DNA from: Leptolyngbyaceae cyanobacterium | GTDB lineage: Bacteria > Cyanobacteriota > Cyanobacteriia > Phormidesmidales > Phormidesmidaceae | Length of the DNA: 64,000 nt | Reading direction: 5' to 3' | Assembly: GCA_965263355.1 (NCBI GenBank) | Contig: CBDHHL010000032.1 | Span: 992,001 to 1,056,000 of the forward strand | Shown here: positions 56,668 through 64,000 of the stretch, piece after piece | Layout: each line of letters begins with the position of its first letter | Position numbering within the stretch: position 1 is the stretch's first letter | Position numbers and translations under genes: made by a program | Notes under the pieces: generated by a model | Told to the model about the DNA's origin: nothing | Seen by the model: only the letters and a program-made list of their open reading frames with translations | Databases searched by the model: none

Positions 56668-56697
56668 TTGACAAAATCGCAGACACGTCAATATGCT
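56668..56697 (+). promoter_or_regulatory. Sigma70-type promoter for the divergent small gene
   Basis: TTGACA-N18-TATGCT. Confidence 0.6.
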
Positions 56698-56819
56698 ATC
56701 GATAGTCGAGTGGCCGAGTAGTCGGTCACTCGACCATTTCCCAAAAACAATCGCCCCCCGGCCTCAGAAACTGAAGGGCGACTGTGAAATTCAACCGAAA
56801 CCAAGTCGGAGATACCCCA

Positions 56820-57077
56820 ATGATATCAGTCCAACCGCCGCCCAGCACGGCGACAGTTCAACCTGCTTGTTTACAGCCCGCCAGTCTCAACGGCTATCAA
56901 GCCAGACTTCACCCCTGGTGCATTGTGCGCCTGCTGCCCAAAATGCAGCGCATCGTCGTCGGGCGATTTCGTAAGGGCAATGACGCCGATGACCATGTCA
57001 GGTCACTGAGGCATTTGATTCCTCACGGGCAGTTTATCGTCATGTTTGACCCTGGCGATTTAGCGCCTAGCCAGTAA
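56820..57077 (+). CDS. Small hypothetical protein
   Basis: SD GGAGA before ATG 56820; PWCIVRLLP..Q..VVGRFR..NDA...F.VMFD pattern. Confidence 0.7.
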   Translation: MISVQPPPSTATVQPACLQPASLNGYQARLHPWCIVRLLPKMQRIVVGRFRKGNDADDHVRSLRHLIPHGQFIVMFDPGDLAPSQ

Positions 57078-57116
57078 CTGTTCCCTCCAGGGAGGGTCTG
57101 CGGGGTGGGTCAAGCC

Positions 57117-57689
57117 CTACTCACCCCAGACTTCCCATACATACCAATTTGGATAGGACCATACCCAATAACCAGACATTCCTCGCTCACCACACCAGGT
57201 GCCCCCATCCCAATAACCATAGTCATGGTAGTCACCATAAGTACCCACATCTTCAGGACAGGTTAATACTTGAACCAGGCTCGTATATTTTCCAGCATCC
57301 GCATGAACCGGAACCACATCTCCCCAAACATACCAATCGGGGGCAGACCAGACCCAATACCCCGCCCGTCCCTGCTGACCACACCAGGTGCCGCCATCCC
57401 AATAGCCATAATTGTAATAATCACCGTAGGCAGCCGCATCTTCAGGACAGGTCAACACCTGCAACAAGTCTTGATACTCGTTATAGGCCGACGCCTCATC
57501 GGGAATTCCCTGGGTAAGTAGCACACCATCAGGAACCTGGCTGTCATAAAGAGATAATGCTGAGTCTGACGGAGTGGCCGCTTGAACCGACTGAGATAAT
57601 CCAGTCAGACTAATACCAGTCAGTAAGCCTGCCAAATATAGCAAGGAGAAAAATTTACGCGATCGCAAGCGTTGAGTTAAAAATATCAT
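57117..57689 (-). CDS. Probable secreted protein with two Trp/Tyr/Gly-rich repeats
   Basis: Signal peptide ending VQA; two ~53-aa repeats. Confidence 0.8.
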   Translation of the reverse strand: MIFLTQRLRSRKFFSLLYLAGLLTGISLTGLSQSVQAATPSDSALSLYDSQVPDGVLLTQGIPDEASAYNEYQDLLQVLTCPEDAAAYGDYYNYGYWDGGTWCGQQGRAGYWVWSAPDWYVWGDVVPVHADAGKYTSLVQVLTCPEDVGTYGDYHDYGYWDGGTWCGERGMSGYWVWSYPNWYVWEVWGE

Positions 57690-57856
57690 TGAACGTCTGA
57701 AATCCTTGAAGTCCCATCACGCATCCAAGACATTCCAAAGCAATCAACGCCGTCGCCCCGTTGCCCCATATCTCAAATATCTTGGATACATAGTGAACGT
57801 TCCCCAAAGACTACCCCTGCTCACGTCAGCAACAATCAAGCCTGGAAACCAACAAA

Positions 57857-58213
57857 TCAGTGCTGGTGCGATCGCAACTCCACTGGCAGCGTAAACACTC
57901 CCGCATCATCATAGGTATCCTCATACACCTTCTGTACTGACGCCCAGGGCACCCGCCCATAAATATGAGGATATAGCTCCGTCCCCCCCGACGTATTCTC
58001 CACTCGAATCTCACAATCCACCAATGCCGGATCAATACTAAACAGCACTAACCCTTGCTGCCCCGCATAGTGGCGACGGCTCACCCCCATCACCTGATGC
58101 AAAAACGAACAGTGAATAAACCCTTCTGCGGCCAGATCCGCCGACTCAAAATAACCCTGCGCCTCTGCTGTCTGCACATCCGCTGCCGGAGCAATACGAT
58201 ATAGCATTTCCAT
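57857..58213 (-). CDS. DUF952 family protein
   Basis: EGFIHCS and YPHIYG motifs. Confidence 0.85.
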   Translation of the reverse strand: MEMLYRIAPAADVQTAEAQGYFESADLAAEGFIHCSFLHQVMGVSRRHYAGQQGLVLFSIDPALVDCEIRVENTSGGTELYPHIYGRVPWASVQKVYEDTYDDAGVFTLPVELRSHQH

Positions 58214-58418
58214 ACGGTGAGCCTCCTCTAAAAATTCAGTACAATTGCCTTAGTCTATAGTCCTCAAGGGCCACCCCTATGACAGCCCTAGTTACCAAAC
58301 CCATTGGCCAAGGACTTTTGAGGAGACAGTTTTAACGACTGTATAAAACCCTGGCTTTGACTTCGCCCAGGGTACGCTCGACTCTTTTTAACTCAAAACT
58401 AAGCACTCAAAACTCTCT

Positions 58419-59075
58419 ATGTGCGGTCGCTACACCCAAACCCACTCCGGCGCAGACCTGGCCAAAGCATTCCAGCTCACTACAGAGCCTGCCCCACCAC
58501 CACGCTATAACATTGCTCCCGCCCAACCCATCTCTGCCATCATCGCCGGGCGCGACTATCGCATTTTCCAATGGGGGCTGGTACCCTCCTGGGCCAAGGA
58601 CTACAAAATTGGCTATAAGCTGATCAACGCCCGCGCAGAAACTGCCGCTGAGAAACCCTCATTTCGTGCTGCCTTCAAACGTCGCCGCTGTTTGATTCCT
58701 GCCGACGGCTTCTATGAATGGCAGCGCACCACCAGTAACAAAAAGAAACAGCCTTTCTATATTCACTTAAGAGACAAAACTCTCTTTGCTTTTGCTGGAC
58801 TATGGGAGCAATGGGAAAGTGGCGACGGCAGCTACCTGGAGACCTGTACGATTCTGACAACAGAACCGAATGACCTGATGGCACCAATTCATAACCGGAT
58901 GCCGGTGATTATTTCTGAGGCTGACTATGACCGCTGGCTGACAGCATCCCCTACCCAGGTAAAGGGATTAATGAAACCTTACAATGCTGACGATATGGAG
59001 GCTTACCCGGTCAGCACATTGGTGAATAGCCCCAAAAACGAAGTACCTGACTGTATTGCTCCTTTGGAGAGTTAA
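58419..59075 (+). CDS. SOS response-associated peptidase (SRAP/YedK-like)
   Basis: MCGRY N-terminus, RYNIAP, INARAET, GFYEW, HNRMP. Confidence 0.95.
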   Translation: MCGRYTQTHSGADLAKAFQLTTEPAPPPRYNIAPAQPISAIIAGRDYRIFQWGLVPSWAKDYKIGYKLINARAETAAEKPSFRAAFKRRRCLIPADGFYEWQRTTSNKKKQPFYIHLRDKTLFAFAGLWEQWESGDGSYLETCTILTTEPNDLMAPIHNRMPVIISEADYDRWLTASPTQVKGLMKPYNADDMEAYPVSTLVNSPKNEVPDCIAPLES

Positions 59076-59278
59076 TTTGTAAACCCTTCATGGGAAAAGG
59101 TATACTCATTATCTTCATCGCATGGGCCGTGTCACCTTACATTTGAGGGGATTTGAGCACTCCAACCAACATCCTTACAGGGGAATTTCGTGTTTGAAAT
59201 TGCAAAGTCGGACTATTATGTGCTTCGTGTAAACCACGTCCAATTGGTGGTAATACTAGCGAACCTGTAACGAAGCGC

Positions 59279-60436
59279 ATGACTGGAAAGCGGACACAGC
59301 GATTTTTATCTATCTTTGCCAGTGTGGTAATTGGCATTTTGTTTTTAGTACCGGTTGCGTTGGGCCAAGCTAAGAACAACGTGCCGATCGAAAAACTTGA
59401 ACAACAGCAGGAAACGATCCAGCAACAGCAGAAAGACCTGGAAGCAGAACAAAATCGACTACAAAATTTAGAAAGAGAAGCGGCTGCGCAACTGGACGGA
59501 CTCCAGGACAGTATTACGGTTACTAACCTCAAAATTGAGGAAACTGAGTTTCAAATTTCTGAGGCTCAAAAGCGCCTTAAGCGATTAGAAAATGACCTCA
59601 CCACGGCGCAAGAGGAATACGAAACAGTGCGACTTGGGGCAGTAAAACGGCTGCAGTTTATGCAACGGCAAAAGGATGCAGAGGGCTGGGCAGTCCTGCT
59701 TAAAAGTGAGAATTTGAATGAGTTTCTAGAGCGACGTTATTTGCTTGGCAAGATATACCAGGCGGATAGTACCTTTCTGACAGAACTGCAGGAAAAGGCT
59801 GATCTGATTGTCAGACAGCAACAGGGGGTAGAAGCTCAGAAAAATTCGATTGCCCTGTTGCGGCAGCAATTGCTGGCCCGCCGCGATCAGTATGAGGCCC
59901 AGGCAGATCAACAAACTCAGCTAATTACTCGGCTAAAGGATAACAGCAACGCGTTGGAAGCAGCCCAGGCTCAGCTAGCACGGGATTCTGAAAGTTTAGC
60001 TAATCTGATTCGTCAGCGGATAGCTGCTGCTGCCAATAGCAGGGTATTGGGTTCGGGCCAAATGAGCTTCCCTACAATAGGACCGATTACGAGTGGCTTT
60101 GGCTCGCGCTTTCATCCTGTCTTGGGTTATCGACGGTTTCATGCGGGGGTGGATTTTGGTGCGCCCTACGGTACCGGCATTAGGGCAGCTGATTCAGGTA
60201 AGGTAATTTTTTCAGGTTGGTATGGTGGCTATGGTAATTCTGTAATTATTGACCATGGTGGTGGTTTGACTAGTTTATATGCCCATGCCAGTAGACTGAA
60301 TGTGCGTGAAGGCCAGGGGGTGACAAAAGGTCAGTCCATCGCAGCAGTGGGCTCAACGGGGCTTTCAACCGGGCCACATTTACACTTTGAGGTGCGTCGG
60401 AATGGTAATCCAGTGGACCCTATGGGATTTTTATAA
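59279..60436 (+). CDS. Coiled-coil + M23 peptidase (EnvC-like)
   Basis: Signal peptide, long coiled coil, HAGVD, YAH, STGPHLHFE. Confidence 0.9.
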   Translation: MTGKRTQRFLSIFASVVIGILFLVPVALGQAKNNVPIEKLEQQQETIQQQQKDLEAEQNRLQNLEREAAAQLDGLQDSITVTNLKIEETEFQISEAQKRLKRLENDLTTAQEEYETVRLGAVKRLQFMQRQKDAEGWAVLLKSENLNEFLERRYLLGKIYQADSTFLTELQEKADLIVRQQQGVEAQKNSIALLRQQLLARRDQYEAQADQQTQLITRLKDNSNALEAAQAQLARDSESLANLIRQRIAAAANSRVLGSGQMSFPTIGPITSGFGSRFHPVLGYRRFHAGVDFGAPYGTGIRAADSGKVIFSGWYGGYGNSVIIDHGGGLTSLYAHASRLNVREGQGVTKGQSIAAVGSTGLSTGPHLHFEVRRNGNPVDPMGFL

Positions 60437-60516
60437 AGGTTTACGGTTAGACGATAGGTTGCGGTTAGGCTGGTGAGTGGCAAAGCGAGAATAGGTAATG
60501 ATGGGTTGTATAAACA

Positions 60517-61242
60517 ATGGCTGATGTCTACAGCAAGCTCAGCCGCCTGATGCCTCTAGTCATTGTCATTATTGGATGCCTTGTCTCGATCGAGGCGGCT
60601 CTGGCAGACACCACACCAACAAATCAGCAATTGGATACTGAACTCGATCTAGAACCGGGGACGGTAGACAGCAGTCCAGTTTTGCAGGAATGGCTGCAGG
60701 AAACCCCCGATGTACTGAGTAACATCCGCCATGGGCCTAGCTTTCCTACACGGCTACAGTTGAGCTATGCCCTATTTCCATCTAGCCGCGATCAGCGTGG
60801 TCTGGCCATTGGCATTGAAGATGTGTTTGTCGGGGATTTACCTCTAACCATCAATGCTGACTATGCTGCTAATTTTGATGGCGAGGAGAATGATCGGGAA
60901 AGCTACGGGGCTCACCTGCGATATTATGTGCTGCCCTTGGGAGGCTATGTAAATGTGGCTCCGATTGTGGGGTATCGCCATGTGGAGGCGGTGGACTATA
61001 GCGAAAGTGGTGTACAGGCTGGGTTTCAGGTGAAGGTGATTCCTTCGCGGGGGGGCGGAGCTGATTTTGCCTATACGCAAACGTGGGTGAGTCCGACGGA
61101 GGATGACTCGGTGATGATTACCCAGTTGGAGTTTGGATATGGTTTGACGGAACACCTGCGGTTAGCGACGGATGTGGAGTGGCAGTTTGCCCCAGGGGCG
61201 ACGGATAGTCGATTGGGAATTGGTTTGGAATGGATGTTGTAG
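60517..61242 (+). CDS. Exported hypothetical protein, possibly a beta-barrel
   Basis: Signal peptide; amphipathic beta-strand pattern; ends GIGLEWML. Confidence 0.65.
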   Translation: MADVYSKLSRLMPLVIVIIGCLVSIEAALADTTPTNQQLDTELDLEPGTVDSSPVLQEWLQETPDVLSNIRHGPSFPTRLQLSYALFPSSRDQRGLAIGIEDVFVGDLPLTINADYAANFDGEENDRESYGAHLRYYVLPLGGYVNVAPIVGYRHVEAVDYSESGVQAGFQVKVIPSRGGGADFAYTQTWVSPTEDDSVMITQLEFGYGLTEHLRLATDVEWQFAPGATDSRLGIGLEWML

Positions 61243-61253
61243 CCCCCCAATGT

Positions 61254-61280
61254 TAGAGACGTTCCATGGCACGTCTCTAC
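61254..61280. repeat. REP-like palindrome between convergent genes
   Basis: tagagacg-ttccatggca-cgtctctac; degenerate relative at 62022-62048. Confidence 0.6.
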
Positions 61281-61289
61281 TATTGGTTT

Positions 61290-61994
61290 TTATAATTTGG
61301 CGGATAATTTGACGGCGAGGAGGGCGGCCTGGGTGCGATCTCGCACCCCCAATCGGCCCAAAAGCCGCGTCACATGGTTCTTTACCGTGCCCTCTGACAA
61401 AAATAACGCCTCGGCAATCTCACGATTATTAGCCCCGGTGCCAATTAACCGCAGCACATCTTTTTCTCTGGGCGTTAGCTCATCAAACCCTTCCGGTACC
61501 TCCACCTCAGGCTGCTGCTGTCGGTCGAGCATCTTTTCTAAAATGCCAGGGCCAAACTGACTGTAGCCTTTGGCAACGGTACGAATGGCCTGGGCCAGTT
61601 CTTCTGAAGGGGTATCTTTGAGCAGATAGCCTTTGGCACCGACGGCCATGGCCTGGGCAATCAGGTCGTCGTCATCGAAAGTGGTGAGCACCAGGACCTG
61701 GATATGGGGGTATTGGGTTGCGATCGCACCCGTCGCCGCCACCCCATCCATCACGGGCATCCGCATATCCATCAAGACCACCGTCGGTAACTGGTTCGTC
61801 AGGGCTAGCTGGCCTAACAGGGTCAGAGCCGTTTCGCCATTGTCTGCATCCCCAACAATCGTAATATCCTCTTCCAAATCCAACAGTGTCTTCAATCCTT
61901 GGCGGATAATCTGCTGATCGTCCACCAGCATCACAGGAATAATGGCTGAATTGTTTTGTTGTTGAGAAGATTGATTCATTGGTCTATTATCCAC
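61290..61994 (-). CDS. NarL/LuxR family response regulator
   Basis: LVDDQ, LMDMRMP, GYLLK, LTPRE, TVKNH. Confidence 0.95.
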   Translation of the reverse strand: MDNRPMNQSSQQQNNSAIIPVMLVDDQQIIRQGLKTLLDLEEDITIVGDADNGETALTLLGQLALTNQLPTVVLMDMRMPVMDGVAATGAIATQYPHIQVLVLTTFDDDDLIAQAMAVGAKGYLLKDTPSEELAQAIRTVAKGYSQFGPGILEKMLDRQQQPEVEVPEGFDELTPREKDVLRLIGTGANNREIAEALFLSEGTVKNHVTRLLGRLGVRDRTQAALLAVKLSAKL

Positions 61995-62059
61995 ACCTCA
62001 TCACCTATTTTCGTTCTTGTTGTAGTGTGTTCCATGGAACGCCCCCACAACAATATCCG

Positions 62060-63295
62060 CTATCTCGGAACGATTAATCGGATCTCACACCCTTCTCCTG
62101 GTCGGCTATTCACCGTCAAATTTCCACCAATTGCCTGGGCCCGTTCACGCATTCCTTGTAAACCAAATCCTGTGGACGTTTGACTCATATCAAAGCCACG
62201 CCCATTGTCCTTTAGCAATAGTCTCGTCCCCTGGTCATCCACAATTAAAGTAAGCTCCACAGCCGTTGCCTCAGCATGTTTAACAATATTAGTAATCCCT
62301 TCTTGCACCAGGCGATAAAGCGCCATACTGGTAGCCTCGGGCAATGGGGTTAAAAGCTGCAGATTAATATTGGGAGTAATATCAGTACTGGCTTTTAAGG
62401 TATCGATCAGGGTATTTAGTTGACTATGGAGAGAGTTTTGTCCAGACTCTTTCTCCCGGAGTGTGGCCACGGACTGCCGGACATCTTGAAGCGCAACTGA
62501 CCCCAAGCGTTTGGCTTCTGCTAGTAATGCCTGAGACTTTTGAGGATCCCGTTGTGAAAGCTTTATCGCCCCTTCCAGCTGAATATTAAGTGCCGTCAGC
62601 GAATGGCCCAAAGAATCATGAATTTCACGGGCTATGCGGCTACGCTCCTGAGCGGTTGCTAGCTGTTTTACCTGAGCTGCAGAACGCTGCAGGTCTTGAT
62701 TCGCCTTTTGCAACCGATTTTGTATTGTTCTTTCATTGAGCAAGGCATTAACTAATAACAGTGTAAACACCAGCGACAGACCAAAGAAAACAATCAAGTT
62801 CATCTGCAGGCTACCGATTAAGTGGCGAATCGGTCGAGGAAGACGTCCATCGAGCACTCTAAATTTCAGCCCCAGGGTGGTCATAAATAATAAAAAGGCT
62901 AAGGCCGTCACCGTCACTCGCCCCATCAGCCCCACCATTAAACAACTGCGAATGACCAACACCAGATAAATAAACGGAAACAACCGTGAGCCCCGCAGCA
63001 TCAGCCCCGATGTCACTAAAATTAAGACCACCTGTAGGGCAATATGGCCCAGTCGTTGCCAAAACCCCTTAGTCGGCAAATACAGACCCAACAAACCAAA
63101 CAACAGCAGACAACCTACCGTAAACAAAGGCCATTGGGTAAACACACGCACCGGTACATTGGGTCCCCCACGTCGCGCTAGCTCTCGCAGCGGTGGAGCG
63201 GTCAAAATACCGGTAATTGACACCGCCAGCAAGCCCCACTCTAGATAGAGCAAAAATCGAAACGGATGATTGTGGAACTGAATGGTGCGGGTCAT
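62060..63295 (-). CDS. Membrane sensor histidine kinase (HisKA_3)
   Basis: TM helices; ERSRIAREIHDSLGH, QEGITNIVKHA, DNGRGF, GFGLQGMRER. Confidence 0.95.
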   Translation of the reverse strand: MTRTIQFHNHPFRFLLYLEWGLLAVSITGILTAPPLRELARRGGPNVPVRVFTQWPLFTVGCLLLFGLLGLYLPTKGFWQRLGHIALQVVLILVTSGLMLRGSRLFPFIYLVLVIRSCLMVGLMGRVTVTALAFLLFMTTLGLKFRVLDGRLPRPIRHLIGSLQMNLIVFFGLSLVFTLLLVNALLNERTIQNRLQKANQDLQRSAAQVKQLATAQERSRIAREIHDSLGHSLTALNIQLEGAIKLSQRDPQKSQALLAEAKRLGSVALQDVRQSVATLREKESGQNSLHSQLNTLIDTLKASTDITPNINLQLLTPLPEATSMALYRLVQEGITNIVKHAEATAVELTLIVDDQGTRLLLKDNGRGFDMSQTSTGFGLQGMRERAQAIGGNLTVNSRPGEGCEIRLIVPR

Positions 63296-63543
63296 GATCG
63301 GGAGTTGGGAAACGAGGGAATTTGGGCATCAACTTAAGCCGAAAAATCTCGACTAGGCCTGAATTCGGAAGTCAGAATAAGTCCTCTGAACGACCTAACG
63401 GTATGGCAGTCAGAAAGGGAGAGTATTCCGTAGAGCTTTGCTCTTCTCGCAGAGTACTCCGAATTCCGAACTCCACATTTTATAAGGGAAAGGCATGCCG
63501 AACTTCGAACTCCAACTTGCAATATAGCGCCCTATCCCACTAG

Positions 63544-63570
63544 TGACTAAAGTCATGTCCTTGCCATGAC
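63544..63570. promoter_or_regulatory. Candidate response-regulator binding site
   Basis: TGACTAAAGTCA palindrome overlapping GTCATG-N7-CATGAC, between divergent kinase and Spy-like gene. Confidence 0.55.
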
Positions 63571-63663
63571 TTGCTTCCCGAGCAGTAATGACTCCCGTTA
63601 GACGCCACCCATCCTCCCCCCTGGCTAGGATAAGGCCATCGTTAAACACACAACAACACCTCA

Positions 63664-64000
63664 ATGAAATTTTCAACCATGAAACGATGCCTCGGCGGTG
63701 CACTTATGTTAACTGCGTTAGTAGCTACTCCAGCCCTTCTCAAAGCCGGTAGCGCCAAGGCATTACCCCCCGAAGTAGCAGCAGACCTCAATCTCACCCC
63801 CGAACAACAGACAGAGCTAGACGCCATCAAAGAGAACGCTCACACTCAGGTTGAAGCGATTTTGACCGATGACCAACTCGCTGCGCTAGAAGGGACAACA
63901 GGCCGAGAGCGCAGACAGGCCATGCGTAGCCTGGACCTAAATGAGGAACAACGGACCCAGCTACAGGAAGTTCGTGAGTCATCTCGCGCTGCTGCCGATC
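63664..64000 (+). CDS. Spy/CpxP-like LTXXQ periplasmic protein, runs off window
   Basis: MKFSTMKRCLGGALML signal peptide; LNLTPEQQ, ILTDDQ, LDLNEEQR motifs. Confidence 0.8.
   Translation, partial: MKFSTMKRCLGGALMLTALVATPALLKAGSAKALPPEVAADLNLTPEQQTELDAIKENAHTQVEAILTDDQLAALEGTTGRERRQAMRSLDLNEEQRTQLQEVRESSRAAAD

Noticed and set aside
63455..63515. ccgaatt/ccgaact heptamers (also actcaaa units near 58390)
   Set aside because: Two or three degenerate copies of ordinary cyanobacterial short tandem repeats; no sign of function

Overview
Cyanobacterial chromosomal window (frequent HIP1 GCGATCGC octamers; gene content of a phycoerythrin-rich cyanobacterium). Left part: housekeeping genes (Kir-type K+ channel end, PatA-like regulator, ppk1, gyrA, deacetylase, glgP), a Ppx/GppA remnant and an uncharacterised pentein-fold enzyme. 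About 16.3-41.7 kb: a large phycobilisome island with two near-identical cpeBA operons, cpeYZ, a CpeF-like lyase, cpeC-D-E-E-S-T-R, a two-domain linker, cpcL, an AplA-like gene, cpeU, pebAB and cpcBAEF. Then cysC, transporters, tldD/E, Lrp/LysE, an accessory region and a two-component/Spy-like locus. Main observations: (1) a 62-bp promoter architecture with identical spacing upstream of both cpeB copies and pebA; (2) a two-gene module of a CHAT (caspase-fold) protease-STAND ATPase plus a STAND-TM-coiled-coil-TPR protein with DNA-identical TPR repeats, resembling an NLR-type receptor/effector pair; (3) an XRE regulator with a divergent small gene that has a structured leader, next to a REP-like element that supplies the stop codons of both flanking genes. 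No rRNA, tRNA, CRISPR array or transposase was recognised. All family calls come from motif recognition by eye, not database searches.
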